From Candidatus Omnitrophota bacterium (GTDB lineage Bacteria; Omnitrophota; Gorgyraeia; Gygaellales; Profunditerraquicolaceae): DNA of 64,000 bases. The number at the start of each line of letters is the position of its first letter. The stretch's first letter is position 1. The stretch is from the NCBI GenBank assembly GCA_041651115.1, contig JBAZJY010000001.1, forward strand, positions 581,165 to 645,164, written 5' to 3'. Both the position numbers and the translations under genes were made by a program. This document shows, piece after piece, positions 53,151 to 61,791 of this stretch. The notes below the pieces were generated by a model, which had not been told where the DNA came from, searched no databases, and saw only the letters and a list, made by a program, of their open reading frames with translations.

Positions 53151-53768
53151 TACTTGTTGTAATAACCTGAACTCTACCGGCCTTTTAAAAATAGGGCCGT
53201 CATAAACAAAAGTGTGAAATTCTCCCTCCTCTCCGCATGGGTCAATCGCAGGATCGTAACGCCGCAGGTCCTCGATAAACCGCTTGTCCAACTCTCTGCC
53301 CAACCATTCCTCTCCCAACACGCCGGCCTTGACGCAGACTATCACTGCCTTGAATCCGCAATTAATAAAATCACAAAGGATATCTTTTGTATTTAAGCCC
53401 CACAAAGGAAAAACCGGTTTTATATCTGATTCTTTACAGACCCGGTCAATCCATTCTTTGTGTTCCTTTAAATAAATATCGCCGAAAATTATCGCCTCAA
53501 TGCCCTTATTTACTTTCCATTCGGCGATCAAGTTTTTAAATTCCCGCTCATATAGTTCCGGGCCGGGCATTGGTTTCTGAAATAACGGCAACCCGCAAAC
53601 CCTTGCCTGATCCGAGATCAAACGGGGATCAAGGCCGTGAGAAAGTGAAGCCGTGCCGTCAAGCTTCGTGAAATTAAAAAGTGCCGTAACCTTATAGCCG
53701 CGCGACATTGCCTTGTAACAGGCAAAACAACTGTCTTTACCGCCGCTCCAGAGGGAAACCGCCTTCAT
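53133..53768 (-). CDS. PP-loop ATP pyrophosphatase of the Dph6/MJ0570 (diphthine-ammonia ligase-like, ATP_bind_4) family, embedded in the cobalamin operon
   Basis: 211 aa; N-terminal MKAVSLWSGGKDSCFACY PP-loop (SGGxDS), family-typical EGEFHT motif near C-terminus; start overlaps cobQ stop by 4 nt. Confidence 0.75.
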   Translation of the reverse strand: MKAVSLWSGGKDSCFACYKAMSRGYKVTALFNFTKLDGTASLSHGLDPRLISDQARVCGLPLFQKPMPGPELYEREFKNLIAEWKVNKGIEAIIFGDIYLKEHKEWIDRVCKESDIKPVFPLWGLNTKDILCDFINCGFKAVIVCVKAGVLGEEWLGRELDKRFIEDLRRYDPAIDPCGEEGEFHTFVYDGPIFKRPVEFRLLQQVILPDR

Positions 53769-55342
53769 TGCGCCTTTCCTTTATTTAGTATCTTATAGAG
53801 ATAACTGATATCAATACTTTCCCGGACTAATTTTGCCAGTTTATCGATCTGGGCATCAGGATTAAAATCTGCGGCACACGATAATGCCGGCCAGCCTTTC
53901 ATGAGCCGCGCCCTGTTTAAAAATTCCCTGCGAAATCCCGGGGCATCGAATAAGCCGTGGATGTATGTGCCGAAAATACGGCCGTTATTGCTGCAGGCGC
54001 CGTCAAAATACTTTACCTTTCTGCCGCTGCGCTCAAAGACTTCAAAAAGCGGTTTGCAACTTTTGGGTACCGTAGTAACGCCATGGTGGATCTCATAACC
54101 TAACAATTCAATTCCCGAAAATAATGCCCTTGCCCTTACGCGGCTAAGCTCCTTTTTCGCCATTAAACGCGTTTGCACGGGTAAGAGTTTTAAGCCGGCT
54201 ATTTTTTTACGGCTGGATTCTATTGAATGCTTGTCGGAGATCAGCCTGCCCAGCATCTGGTAGCCGCCGCAAATCCCCAACAGCACAGGCGGAAACTTTG
54301 AGCCGACAGCCGATAAAATCTTTTTTACAAAACCCGAGGCATGCAAATGTGCCAGGTCAAAAAGGGTATTTTTTGTCCCCGGGATAACTATCATATCCGG
54401 CTTGCCTAATTCTTCCGGCCGGCTCACATAACGCAAGCTTACGTCAGTTTCGGAAGAAAGGGCGTCAAAATCGGTGAAATTGGAAATATGCGGCAGGTAT
54501 ATTACGGCGATATCCAGTTTCTGCTGTTTTTCTTCTGACGGGCCTGCCGTAAAATTATCCAAAGGCACGGCGTCTTCTTCGGGGATCACTATGTTTTTAA
54601 AATAAGGAATAACCCCCAGCACCTTGATACCGGTGCGCCTTTCAAGCCATTTGAGCCCCGGATCCAAAAGGCTCTTGTCCCCGCGGAATTTATTGATGAT
54701 AAATCCTTTGATCATCCGCCGCTCAGCTTTAGTCAAAAGCTCAAGCGTTCCTACTAACGAAGCAAAAACTCCTCCTTTGTCAATATCGCCGACCAGTATC
54801 ACCGGGGCTTTTGCGTATTGCGCCATTTTCAGATTCACGATATCATGCGACTTTAAATTGATCTCTGCCGGGCTGCCTGCCCCTTCCATAACCACGGCTT
54901 CATACTTTTTGCTTAATGTATCAAATGATTTTTTGACTACCGGAATGAGCTTAGCCTTGTAACGCGTATAATTGCGGGCATTCATATTGCCGATCGGCTT
55001 GCCGCGGACAATCACCTGCGCTCCGACATCGGTAACCGGCTTGATCAAAACCGGGTTCATATCCACGTCAGGCTCAATGCGGCATGCCAACGCCTGCACT
55101 GCCTGCGCGCGGCCAATCTCGCATTCATCTTTTGTGACAAAAGAATTCAAGGCCATATTCTGCGCCTTAAAAGGGCAAACTTTGTAGCCGTCCTGCAGGA
55201 GTATCCGGCATAGCGCCGAAACCAATACACTCTTACCTACTCCCGAACCTGTGCCGCAAATTTGTAGTGCTTTGGCTTTCATTTGATAAAGGCTTTCCCG
55301 GCAATAATAAAAAATAAAATCGTTAATTCGTTTAATTCGCAC
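53765..55342 (-). CDS. cobQ: cobyric acid synthase (CobQ/CbiP); probable true start at MKAKALQICGTG (about 55282)
   Basis: 525-aa ORF; N-terminal dethiobiotin-synthetase-like ATPase domain, C-terminal class I GATase. Confidence 0.85.
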   Translation of the reverse strand: MRIKRINDFIFYYCRESLYQMKAKALQICGTGSGVGKSVLVSALCRILLQDGYKVCPFKAQNMALNSFVTKDECEIGRAQAVQALACRIEPDVDMNPVLIKPVTDVGAQVIVRGKPIGNMNARNYTRYKAKLIPVVKKSFDTLSKKYEAVVMEGAGSPAEINLKSHDIVNLKMAQYAKAPVILVGDIDKGGVFASLVGTLELLTKAERRMIKGFIINKFRGDKSLLDPGLKWLERRTGIKVLGVIPYFKNIVIPEEDAVPLDNFTAGPSEEKQQKLDIAVIYLPHISNFTDFDALSSETDVSLRYVSRPEELGKPDMIVIPGTKNTLFDLAHLHASGFVKKILSAVGSKFPPVLLGICGGYQMLGRLISDKHSIESSRKKIAGLKLLPVQTRLMAKKELSRVRARALFSGIELLGYEIHHGVTTVPKSCKPLFEVFERSGRKVKYFDGACSNNGRIFGTYIHGLFDAPGFRREFLNRARLMKGWPALSCAADFNPDAQIDKLAKLVRESIDISYLYKILNKGKAQ

Positions 55343-56025
55343 ACTGCGCCCAAAGTATCGCCGGTTATCCCGCCGATCTTGCGGCTGATTAATTTAGAAA
55401 ATAGCCATGCGCTAAAACCCGCGAGCATGAAAAGCAATAGGCCGTTTAGCTGCCATAGCATTATCGCAATAAACAAAGTAACCCCGGTTGCCATAAAAAA
55501 TATTCTCCGGCTCATATGCGCGGTAAAAGTTTTTGCCTTGCCTTCGCTACGGGCATAGGGAAAGAAAAACATCGCTTCCACCAATGACCAGCGGCTTAAA
55601 ACGCACATAAATATTAAAGCCGCGGGTTTATCCTGCGGCGGGAGAGAAAAAACAAGCCCAGTCTTCAGCAATACCGCGCAGACAATGCTGATCACGCCCA
55701 TTGCCCCGCTGTGCGGGTCGCGCATGATCTCCAGGCATTTTTCCCTGCTTCTGCCGCTCATTAAACCGTCAAATGTATCGGATAAACCATCCAGATGCAT
55801 ACCTCCGGTAAGCGCTGCCAACGCCACAACTAAAATTATCGCGGCCGGCAGCTCATAAAAATGCAGAGCGATCAATACTGCGTTCAAACCAACCAAAGCC
55901 ATCCCGATCAGCAGCCCGGCTAAAGGAAAATAAAGCATGGACCTTGCTATCTTGCGCTCATTAACATTTTTAACGCGCAAGGGAATGACGGTCAGGAATT
56001 GTATGGCCAGTAAAAAACTTGTCAC
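55279..56025 (-). CDS. cobS: adenosylcobinamide-GDP ribazoletransferase (cobalamin synthase)
   Basis: 248 aa polytopic membrane protein of CobS family. Confidence 0.85.
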   Translation of the reverse strand: MTSFLLAIQFLTVIPLRVKNVNERKIARSMLYFPLAGLLIGMALVGLNAVLIALHFYELPAAIILVVALAALTGGMHLDGLSDTFDGLMSGRSREKCLEIMRDPHSGAMGVISIVCAVLLKTGLVFSLPPQDKPAALIFMCVLSRWSLVEAMFFFPYARSEGKAKTFTAHMSRRIFFMATGVTLFIAIMLWQLNGLLLFMLAGFSAWLFSKLISRKIGGITGDTLGAVCELNELTILFFIIAGKAFIK

Positions 56026-57080
56026 TTGCTTTTCTCCGAAACGTTTGCGCTTTGGAACGTCGCCATTTGTGTGAGGATCTTTACGGAAGCCTCTGCCAAT
56101 CCGATTGCTATGGCAGCGCCCGTGCCTTCACCCAGCCTTAAATTCAGGTCAAACAGCGGCTTTAAGCCGATATGCTCTAAAATATATTTATGCCCGCCTT
56201 CTACCGAATTATGTGCCGCGATCATATAATCTTTTACTTTCGGCTCAAGGTAATAAGCGATCAGCGCTGCCGAACCGGAAATAAATCCGTCGATCACTAC
56301 GGGAACTTTCTTACTTGCCGCTGCCAGGATTATTCCGGCAAGCCCGGCAATCTCAAAACCGCCGACCTTAGACAACACATCAAGGCTGTCTTTAGGGTCA
56401 GGTTTGTTCACTGCCAGGGCCTTTTCAATTACTGCGATCTTATGTTTTAATCCTTTGTCATCAAGACCCGCGCCGCGGCCGGTGATCTCATCTAACGGCT
56501 TTCCGGTAAAAACAGCGGTTATTGCGCTGGCAGCAGTGGTGTTACCAATGCCCATTTCACCTGTGCCGATAATATCAGCCCCGCGCCGGAATTCATTTTC
56601 AAATACCTCAAATCCGGCAACCACCGCCCTTATTGCCTCATCTCTGCTCATTGCCGGGCCTTTTGCCATATTCTTGCTGCCGTAGGCAATCTTTTTAATT
56701 ACCAGGCGCGGATCAGGACGCAGGTCTGAAGCTACTGCCATATCCACGATCACTACTCTTGCTCCGGCGTGATTTGCTAGAACATTGATCCCTGCGCCGC
56801 CGGCAAGAAAATTATAGACCATTTGCGCAGTTACTTCTTTAGGATAAGGGCTTACTCCTTCATCGGTCACACCATGATCGGCAGCAAGCGTAAAAATCAC
56901 TTTGTTACCAAGATACGGGTTATCTTTTCCAGTGATCCCGCAGACCTGTCTTGCTAATTCCTCCAACTTACCTAAACTGCCCAAAGGTTTAGTCAGATTA
57001 TTAAGCCGGCCCTGGGTCCTCTCCATAAGCTTTATGTCAAGCCCGCTGATCTGCGTAGTTATCTTTTTAACCCTTTCCAT
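56022..57080 (-). CDS. cobT: nicotinate-nucleotide--dimethylbenzimidazole phosphoribosyltransferase
   Basis: 352 aa CobT family. Confidence 0.88.
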   Translation of the reverse strand: MERVKKITTQISGLDIKLMERTQGRLNNLTKPLGSLGKLEELARQVCGITGKDNPYLGNKVIFTLAADHGVTDEGVSPYPKEVTAQMVYNFLAGGAGINVLANHAGARVVIVDMAVASDLRPDPRLVIKKIAYGSKNMAKGPAMSRDEAIRAVVAGFEVFENEFRRGADIIGTGEMGIGNTTAASAITAVFTGKPLDEITGRGAGLDDKGLKHKIAVIEKALAVNKPDPKDSLDVLSKVGGFEIAGLAGIILAAASKKVPVVIDGFISGSAALIAYYLEPKVKDYMIAAHNSVEGGHKYILEHIGLKPLFDLNLRLGEGTGAAIAIGLAEASVKILTQMATFQSANVSEKSK

Positions 57081-57081
57081 T

Positions 57082-57603
57082 TTATCCTTTCTTAATTTTC
57101 ATCGGTATGCCGGAAACCGTAAAAAATACTTCATCGGCTTCTTTGGCTACCAGTTGATTTACCCTGCCGGCAATATCGCGGAACTGCCTTGCCAGCTTAT
57201 TTGCCGGGACTATACCTAAGCCGACTTCATTAGAAACCAGAATTACTTTTGATTTCCCCTGCTTTAATGCCGTAAGCATTTTTATTACCTGCTGCGTGAT
57301 CTTTTCTTCTTTATTCCCGCCAAGCAGAAGATTAGAGACCCATAATGTCAGGCAATCTATAACAATGCAGTCAAAATTATTCTTTATTTGCCCTAATGCG
57401 ACGGTAATATCCCGGCCTTGCTCAAAGGTAGCCCAGCTTTTTGGCCGAGACTGTTGATGTTTTTTAATGCGCTGCCGCATTTCTTTATCTAAGCCCCGGC
57501 AGGTTGCCACAAAGGCCACCTTTTTATGTTTTTTTGCCAACTCCAGGGCAAAGCTGCTTTTCCCGCTGCGCGCTCCGCCTAAAATAAAAATTATTTTTCC
57601 CAT
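57082..57603 (-). CDS. cobU: bifunctional adenosylcobinamide kinase / adenosylcobinamide-phosphate guanylyltransferase
   Basis: 173 aa, P-loop GGARSGKS, CobU/CobP family. Confidence 0.88.
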   Translation of the reverse strand: MGKIIFILGGARSGKSSFALELAKKHKKVAFVATCRGLDKEMRQRIKKHQQSRPKSWATFEQGRDITVALGQIKNNFDCIVIDCLTLWVSNLLLGGNKEEKITQQVIKMLTALKQGKSKVILVSNEVGLGIVPANKLARQFRDIAGRVNQLVAKEADEVFFTVSGIPMKIKKG

Positions 57604-58235
57604 TTCTTTTTAGTAGGGACGGTTCTCAAGCCAATCTTAAAGTGTCCCTTTTTAGGGGACAGTTTAGCTTTGAGTTGAGAACCGTCCCTCTTGTATTCAA
57701 CTACTGTGACGCTTGCCGGTTTAGGGATATGCTGCCAGAATTTCCTTGACTTAAGCAGGCTGCTGACAAAAATGCCGATCACTCCGCCGTGGCAGACAAC
57801 GGCGACGGTTTTATCCGGATTGGCGCGGCAGATCTGGTTGATCTGGCCGCAGATGCGCTCCTTAAAATCGCGTAGTTTTTCGGCTTTGGGGATATGGTGC
57901 CTATGCGGATCCTTAACCCAATTCTCATAAAGCGCGCCATATTTTTTTAAGATCGCCTTATGCCGCAGGCCTTCAAGCACCCCGAAATTTATTTCACGCA
58001 AGCCCTTTACCTTGGTGAATTTACTTTTACCGAAAACAATGCGGCAAGTCTCCAGCGCCCGCTTCTTATCGCTTGAATAGATTTTATCAAAACCGATGCC
58101 TTTAAGCGCGGATGCCAGTTTCTTTGCCTGCCGTTTTCCTTCCCTGCTCAAGCCCACATCAATGCGGCCGCAATAACGTTTCTCTTTATTCCAGGCCGTG
58201 ATCCCATGGCGGATCAAGACCAATCTCGTGTTCAT
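57591..58235 (-). CDS. cobC: alpha-ribazole-5'-phosphate phosphatase (histidine phosphatase family); C-terminal ~25 aa encoded by family-1 repeat copy C
   Basis: 214 aa, RHG catalytic motif (LIRHGITAWN); reads through 57614-57689 element and stops 13 nt inside cobU. Confidence 0.8.
   Translation of the reverse strand: MNTRLVLIRHGITAWNKEKRYCGRIDVGLSREGKRQAKKLASALKGIGFDKIYSSDKKRALETCRIVFGKSKFTKVKGLREINFGVLEGLRHKAILKKYGALYENWVKDPHRHHIPKAEKLRDFKERICGQINQICRANPDKTVAVVCHGGVIGIFVSSLLKSRKFWQHIPKPASVTVVEYKRDGSQLKAKLSPKKGHFKIGLRTVPTKKKWEK
57614..57689. repeat. family-1 palindromic repeat element, copy C, in frame inside the 3' end of cobC
   Basis: TAGGGACGGTTCTCAAGCCAATCTTAAAGTGTCCCTTTTTAGGGGACAGTTTAGCTTTGAGTTGAGAACCGTCCCT. 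Confidence 0.85.
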
Positions 58236-59026
58236 GACTTTTCTCCCGGCACAAGCATAACGTTCGGCTTTCCGGTAATCCGGTTATTATTCACCAGGAC
58301 AACCGTTTTATAGACCGCCTCTATGTTCTGATAAGTCAAAACTTCTTCCGGCGTCCCCTGCTTATAAACCAGGCCGTCGTTAAGCAAGGCAATGCGATTG
58401 CAATAAGCGCTGGCTAAATTTAAATCATGCATGATCATGACGATCGTCAAGCCTTTTGCGCGATTAAGCCGTTTTAGAAGGTCTAAAACCTGTATCTGAT
58501 GGCCGATATCCAAATGGGAAGTAGGCTCGTCCAAAAGCAGCAGTTCCGGTTCTTGCGTAAGCGCGCGGGCAATGATCACCCGCTGCCGTTCTCCGGCTGA
58601 AAGCTCATCAATATATTTATCCCGGAAGCGTAAAGTATCGGTAAGCTCAAGAGCCGCTTCTGCAACGCGGATGTCGTTCTTACCTTCAAGCTGCATGCGG
58701 CCAAGATGAGGGATCCTGCCCATTAATGCGATCTCCATTACCGTAAACGAAAAATTAGTAGCAATGTCCTGCGGCACAAAAGCGGCTTTCTTACAGAATT
58801 CCTTCAGGCCCATTAAGAAAACATTTGTATTGCGGAAATAAACCGCGCCCTTAGACGGCCTCAGCACGCGCGTTACCAGCCGTAACAGCGTGGTTTTTCC
58901 GGAACCATTCGGCCCGATGATCCCCAAAAAATCACCCTGCCCTAAAGACATCGAGAGCCCCTTAATCACGTCTTTGTTATAATACCCGCCGCATAATCCG
59001 TCAATCTTAAGCAAACTGTCCGTCAT
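58232..59026 (-). CDS. btuD: ABC transporter ATP-binding protein, corrinoid/iron-siderophore type (BtuD/FepC-like)
   Basis: 264 aa, Walker A GPNGSGKTT, signature LSAGERQR. Confidence 0.85.
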   Translation of the reverse strand: MTDSLLKIDGLCGGYYNKDVIKGLSMSLGQGDFLGIIGPNGSGKTTLLRLVTRVLRPSKGAVYFRNTNVFLMGLKEFCKKAAFVPQDIATNFSFTVMEIALMGRIPHLGRMQLEGKNDIRVAEAALELTDTLRFRDKYIDELSAGERQRVIIARALTQEPELLLLDEPTSHLDIGHQIQVLDLLKRLNRAKGLTIVMIMHDLNLASAYCNRIALLNDGLVYKQGTPEEVLTYQNIEAVYKTVVLVNNNRITGKPNVMLVPGEKS

Positions 59027-59976
59027 ATCCGCTTGCCCCGTTTTAACAAAATTATAAATACCGGCGCGCCGATGATCGCGGTGATCACGCCGATAGGGAT
59101 CTCAACCGGAGAAAAAAGCGTGCGGCCTAGAGTATCGCAGGCAATCATGAATACCGAAGCAGCCAGGCAGGTTACCGGGATCAAAATCTTATGGTTCGGC
59201 CCAATGACTAAGCGCATCATATGCGGCACAATAAGCCCGACAAAACCGATTATCCCGCAGATACAGATCAGGCTCGCGGTGATCAAAGCGGTTATCAGTA
59301 TCACGATCTTTCTGATATTCTGCGTATTTATCCCAAGGTGCATTGCCTCTTCTTCTCCCAGGCTGATGGCATTCAGGTCCTGCGCAAAAAGATATATCGC
59401 GCAAATGCCCAGTATTACCGGGACAGCTACCAGCATCAACAGTTTGTGGTCATAAACCTGCAGGCTGCCCCAAAGCCACCAGTTCATTTCGTGCATCGCT
59501 TCGTTGCCGAACAGGGAAACCAGGAATACGATCACCGAAGAAAACGCGACGGAAATGATCACGCCGGATAAAATCAGCGACTTATCGGAGATCCTGCCGT
59601 GCTCGCGCGCCAGGTTATAGACGATAAAGATGCTTGCTGCCGCGCCGAAAAACGCGGCAAGCGGCATATAAACGCGCGACAGCCCAAGGATAACCGCGCT
59701 GACTGCGGCAAGCCCTGCGCCGCTTGATGTGCCCAACAGATACGGCTCAGCTAATGGATTGCGCAATATTGCCTGAAGCGCAATGCCGGAAACAGCCAGG
59801 CCGCTGCCGGTTAAGATCGCAGCCACAATCCTTAGCATGCGCAGGTTAAAAATAGCCCTATTCTCCTGACGAAGAAGATCCGCAATAGGTATCTTGACCG
59901 CCCCGCTGATCAAGCCGAAAACTACAGCCCCCGCCAACAAAATAAATAATATAATTATTTTACGCCTTAGCTTCAT
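59023..59976 (-). CDS. btuC: ABC transporter permease, FecCD/BtuC family
   Basis: 317 aa, ~9-10 TM FecCD family. Confidence 0.85.
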   Translation of the reverse strand: MKLRRKIIILFILLAGAVVFGLISGAVKIPIADLLRQENRAIFNLRMLRIVAAILTGSGLAVSGIALQAILRNPLAEPYLLGTSSGAGLAAVSAVILGLSRVYMPLAAFFGAAASIFIVYNLAREHGRISDKSLILSGVIISVAFSSVIVFLVSLFGNEAMHEMNWWLWGSLQVYDHKLLMLVAVPVILGICAIYLFAQDLNAISLGEEEAMHLGINTQNIRKIVILITALITASLICICGIIGFVGLIVPHMMRLVIGPNHKILIPVTCLAASVFMIACDTLGRTLFSPVEIPIGVITAIIGAPVFIILLKRGKRI

Positions 59977-60826
59977 ATAATTTCTTGTATAATTCTTCTA
60001 GCCCCTTGGTAATGCGCGGCCCCGGCCGCAGCAGCGTATCAGGGTCAATATCGTTAAATACCCGCCTATTCTTCACCGCATCTATATCTTTCCAGCCAAA
60101 ACGGCCCTCAACCAGTTTTAACGGCGGCTCTTTATCCATATAAGCCAGGATGATTACCTGCGGGTTAAGATCAATTACTTTTTCCGCGCTGTAATTGCAA
60201 TACGGCCTGATTACTTCATGGGCTACGTTTATGCCGCCTGCCAGAGAAACTAATTCGTCTACAAAAGAGCCTTTTCCCGCGGTCATCAGCGGCTCGTGCC
60301 AGATCTCGATAAAAACCCTTACGCGGTCAGCCGGCAAGACAAGCTTTACTTTCTCGTTTATTGCCGATATATCTTCACGCATCCTGTTTATAAGCCGGCC
60401 TGCTTCTTCGGCCTTTGCAGTGATCTTAGCTATTTCATTTATCGACGCGAATAGTTCTTCTGCGCTTGAAGGATCTGAAACATAAACATTGAACCCCAGC
60501 CTGCGCAGCTCCTGCACTGCCTGCGCCTGCTCTAGACCTGTGCAAAAAATGTAATCCGGCTTCAAGGAAATTATTTTTTCTATATTAGGGCTGCTAAAAC
60601 TCCCTACCGCAGGCTTATCTCCTGCCGCTTCCGGGTAATTACAGAACGTGCTCACGCCTACAATGCTGTCAGCCAGGCCTAAGGCGAAAAGGATCTCGGT
60701 GGTAGAAGGGGCAAGAGAAATATAACGCGGCTTATCTGCGGCAAAACAGCCGCTTAAATTCCAAGTACCAAGCACCAAATAACAAATAATAACCAATAAC
60801 CAAGAATTCAATGACCGGAATTTCAT
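59960..60826 (-). CDS. btuF: periplasmic corrinoid-binding protein (BtuF-like, class III SBP); ORF-track N-terminus trimmed to MKFRS Met
   Basis: Signal peptide MKFRSLNSWLLVIICYLVLGTWNLSGC; upstream 39 codons of the track ORF lie in the riboswitch; RBS AAGGGG 5 nt before ATG. Confidence 0.8.
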   Translation of the reverse strand: MKFRSLNSWLLVIICYLVLGTWNLSGCFAADKPRYISLAPSTTEILFALGLADSIVGVSTFCNYPEAAGDKPAVGSFSSPNIEKIISLKPDYIFCTGLEQAQAVQELRRLGFNVYVSDPSSAEELFASINEIAKITAKAEEAGRLINRMREDISAINEKVKLVLPADRVRVFIEIWHEPLMTAGKGSFVDELVSLAGGINVAHEVIRPYCNYSAEKVIDLNPQVIILAYMDKEPPLKLVEGRFGWKDIDAVKNRRVFNDIDPDTLLRPGPRITKGLEELYKKLYEAKA

Positions 60827-60832
60827 ATTCCC

Positions 60833-61063
60833 CTTATAAAAAAAATTCCCGATCCGGTATCTTCTACCATGATCGGGTCGCACCCAGCTTGCTATGGCCC
60901 TATCCACGAGGCTGCACATGCACAGGCAGGTCTTCTGACTCAAGGATCATCCTACTCGCTGCGCCTTCCCGGCCGGCTTAACGCGGCAGTGGCTTTTGCA
61001 GCTTTCGTCCCCTCTTACAGCAGCGGGACTGTGGCCGGTTTAAACGGCCTTCCCTAACCCATG
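60833..61063 (-). promoter_or_regulatory. cobalamin (AdoCbl-type) riboswitch with intrinsic terminator expression platform, leader of btuFCD-cobCUTSQ operon
   Basis: Minus strand: GGTTAGGGAAGGCCG ... GGCCACAGTCCCGCTGCTGTAAGAGGGGACGAAAGC ... AAAGCCACTGCCGCG ... B12 box GAGTCAGAAGACCTGCC (60925-60941); terminator hairpin CCCGATCATGGTAGAAGATACCGGATCGGG then AATTTTTTTTAT (60833-60877). Confidence 0.9.
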
Positions 61064-61120
61064 CATTGATTTATATGTTTTAGGTTACACCGCTAAAGAA
61101 ATATTGTCAAGCAATTATTA

Positions 61121-61149
61121 TTGCATGATCTGGCCTAAACTGTTATAAT
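61121..61149 (+). promoter_or_regulatory. near-consensus sigma70 promoter TTGCAT-17-TATAAT with the -10 only 7 nt from the DedA ATG (leaderless mRNA predicted)
   Basis: TTGCAT 61121-61126, TATAAT 61144-61149, ATG 61157; no SD possible. Confidence 0.55.
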
Positions 61150-61156
61150 TGAGCCC

Positions 61157-61786
61157 ATGAAAAAATTACTCGTCCGCGTAATCACTACTCCCACGCGCTG
61201 GTTCAGAAAACTTTATAACTGGACCATCCATTGGGCCAAGAGCAAGCACGCGCAAGCCGCGCTTTTCGGCGTTGCTTTTATTGAGAGCTCGTTCTTTCCC
61301 ATTCCGCCGGATATCCTCCTGATCGCTATGACCGTCGCCAATAGAAAAAAATGGCTGCGTTACGCAGGTATTTGCACCCTTGGCTCGGTATGCGGGGCCC
61401 TGCTCGGATATTGTATCGGCTGGGGTTTATACGAAGCCGTCGGAAAGCTTATCGTGGAAACTTATAATCTGCAGGCCGCAGTCGAGCTGATCGGCCGCAA
61501 ATACCAGGAAAATGCCTTTCTGACGATCTTTACTGCCGCGTTCACGCCCATACCTTATAAGGCTATCACCATTACTGCCGGGCTATTCCGCATCTCCCTG
61601 TTAACGCTGATCATCGCTTCGCTCATCGGTCGCGCAGGCAGATTTTTTTTGGTTGCCGGCGCCTTGCGGATATTCGGTAAAAAAATCGAAGATTCAATTG
61701 AAAAATATTTTGATATTTTATCGCTGGTATTTATGGCGCTTTTGATCGGCGGGTTCCTGCTGCTTAAGTTTTCCTGCAAGAAATAA
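61157..61786 (+). CDS. DedA/YqaA-family (SNARE-associated domain) inner-membrane protein
   Basis: 209 aa, conserved FIESSFFPIPPD motif region, 4-5 TM segments; only plus-strand gene in window. Confidence 0.75.
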   Translation: MKKLLVRVITTPTRWFRKLYNWTIHWAKSKHAQAALFGVAFIESSFFPIPPDILLIAMTVANRKKWLRYAGICTLGSVCGALLGYCIGWGLYEAVGKLIVETYNLQAAVELIGRKYQENAFLTIFTAAFTPIPYKAITITAGLFRISLLTLIIASLIGRAGRFFLVAGALRIFGKKIEDSIEKYFDILSLVFMALLIGGFLLLKFSCKK

Positions 61787-61791
61787 GACCT

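Noticed and set aside
60827-60943. N-terminal 39 residues of the ORF-track btuF (MSQKTCLCMCSLVDRAIASW...)
   Set aside because: This segment is the translated cobalamin riboswitch and terminator. The true start is the MKFRS Met, which has a signal peptide and an SD.
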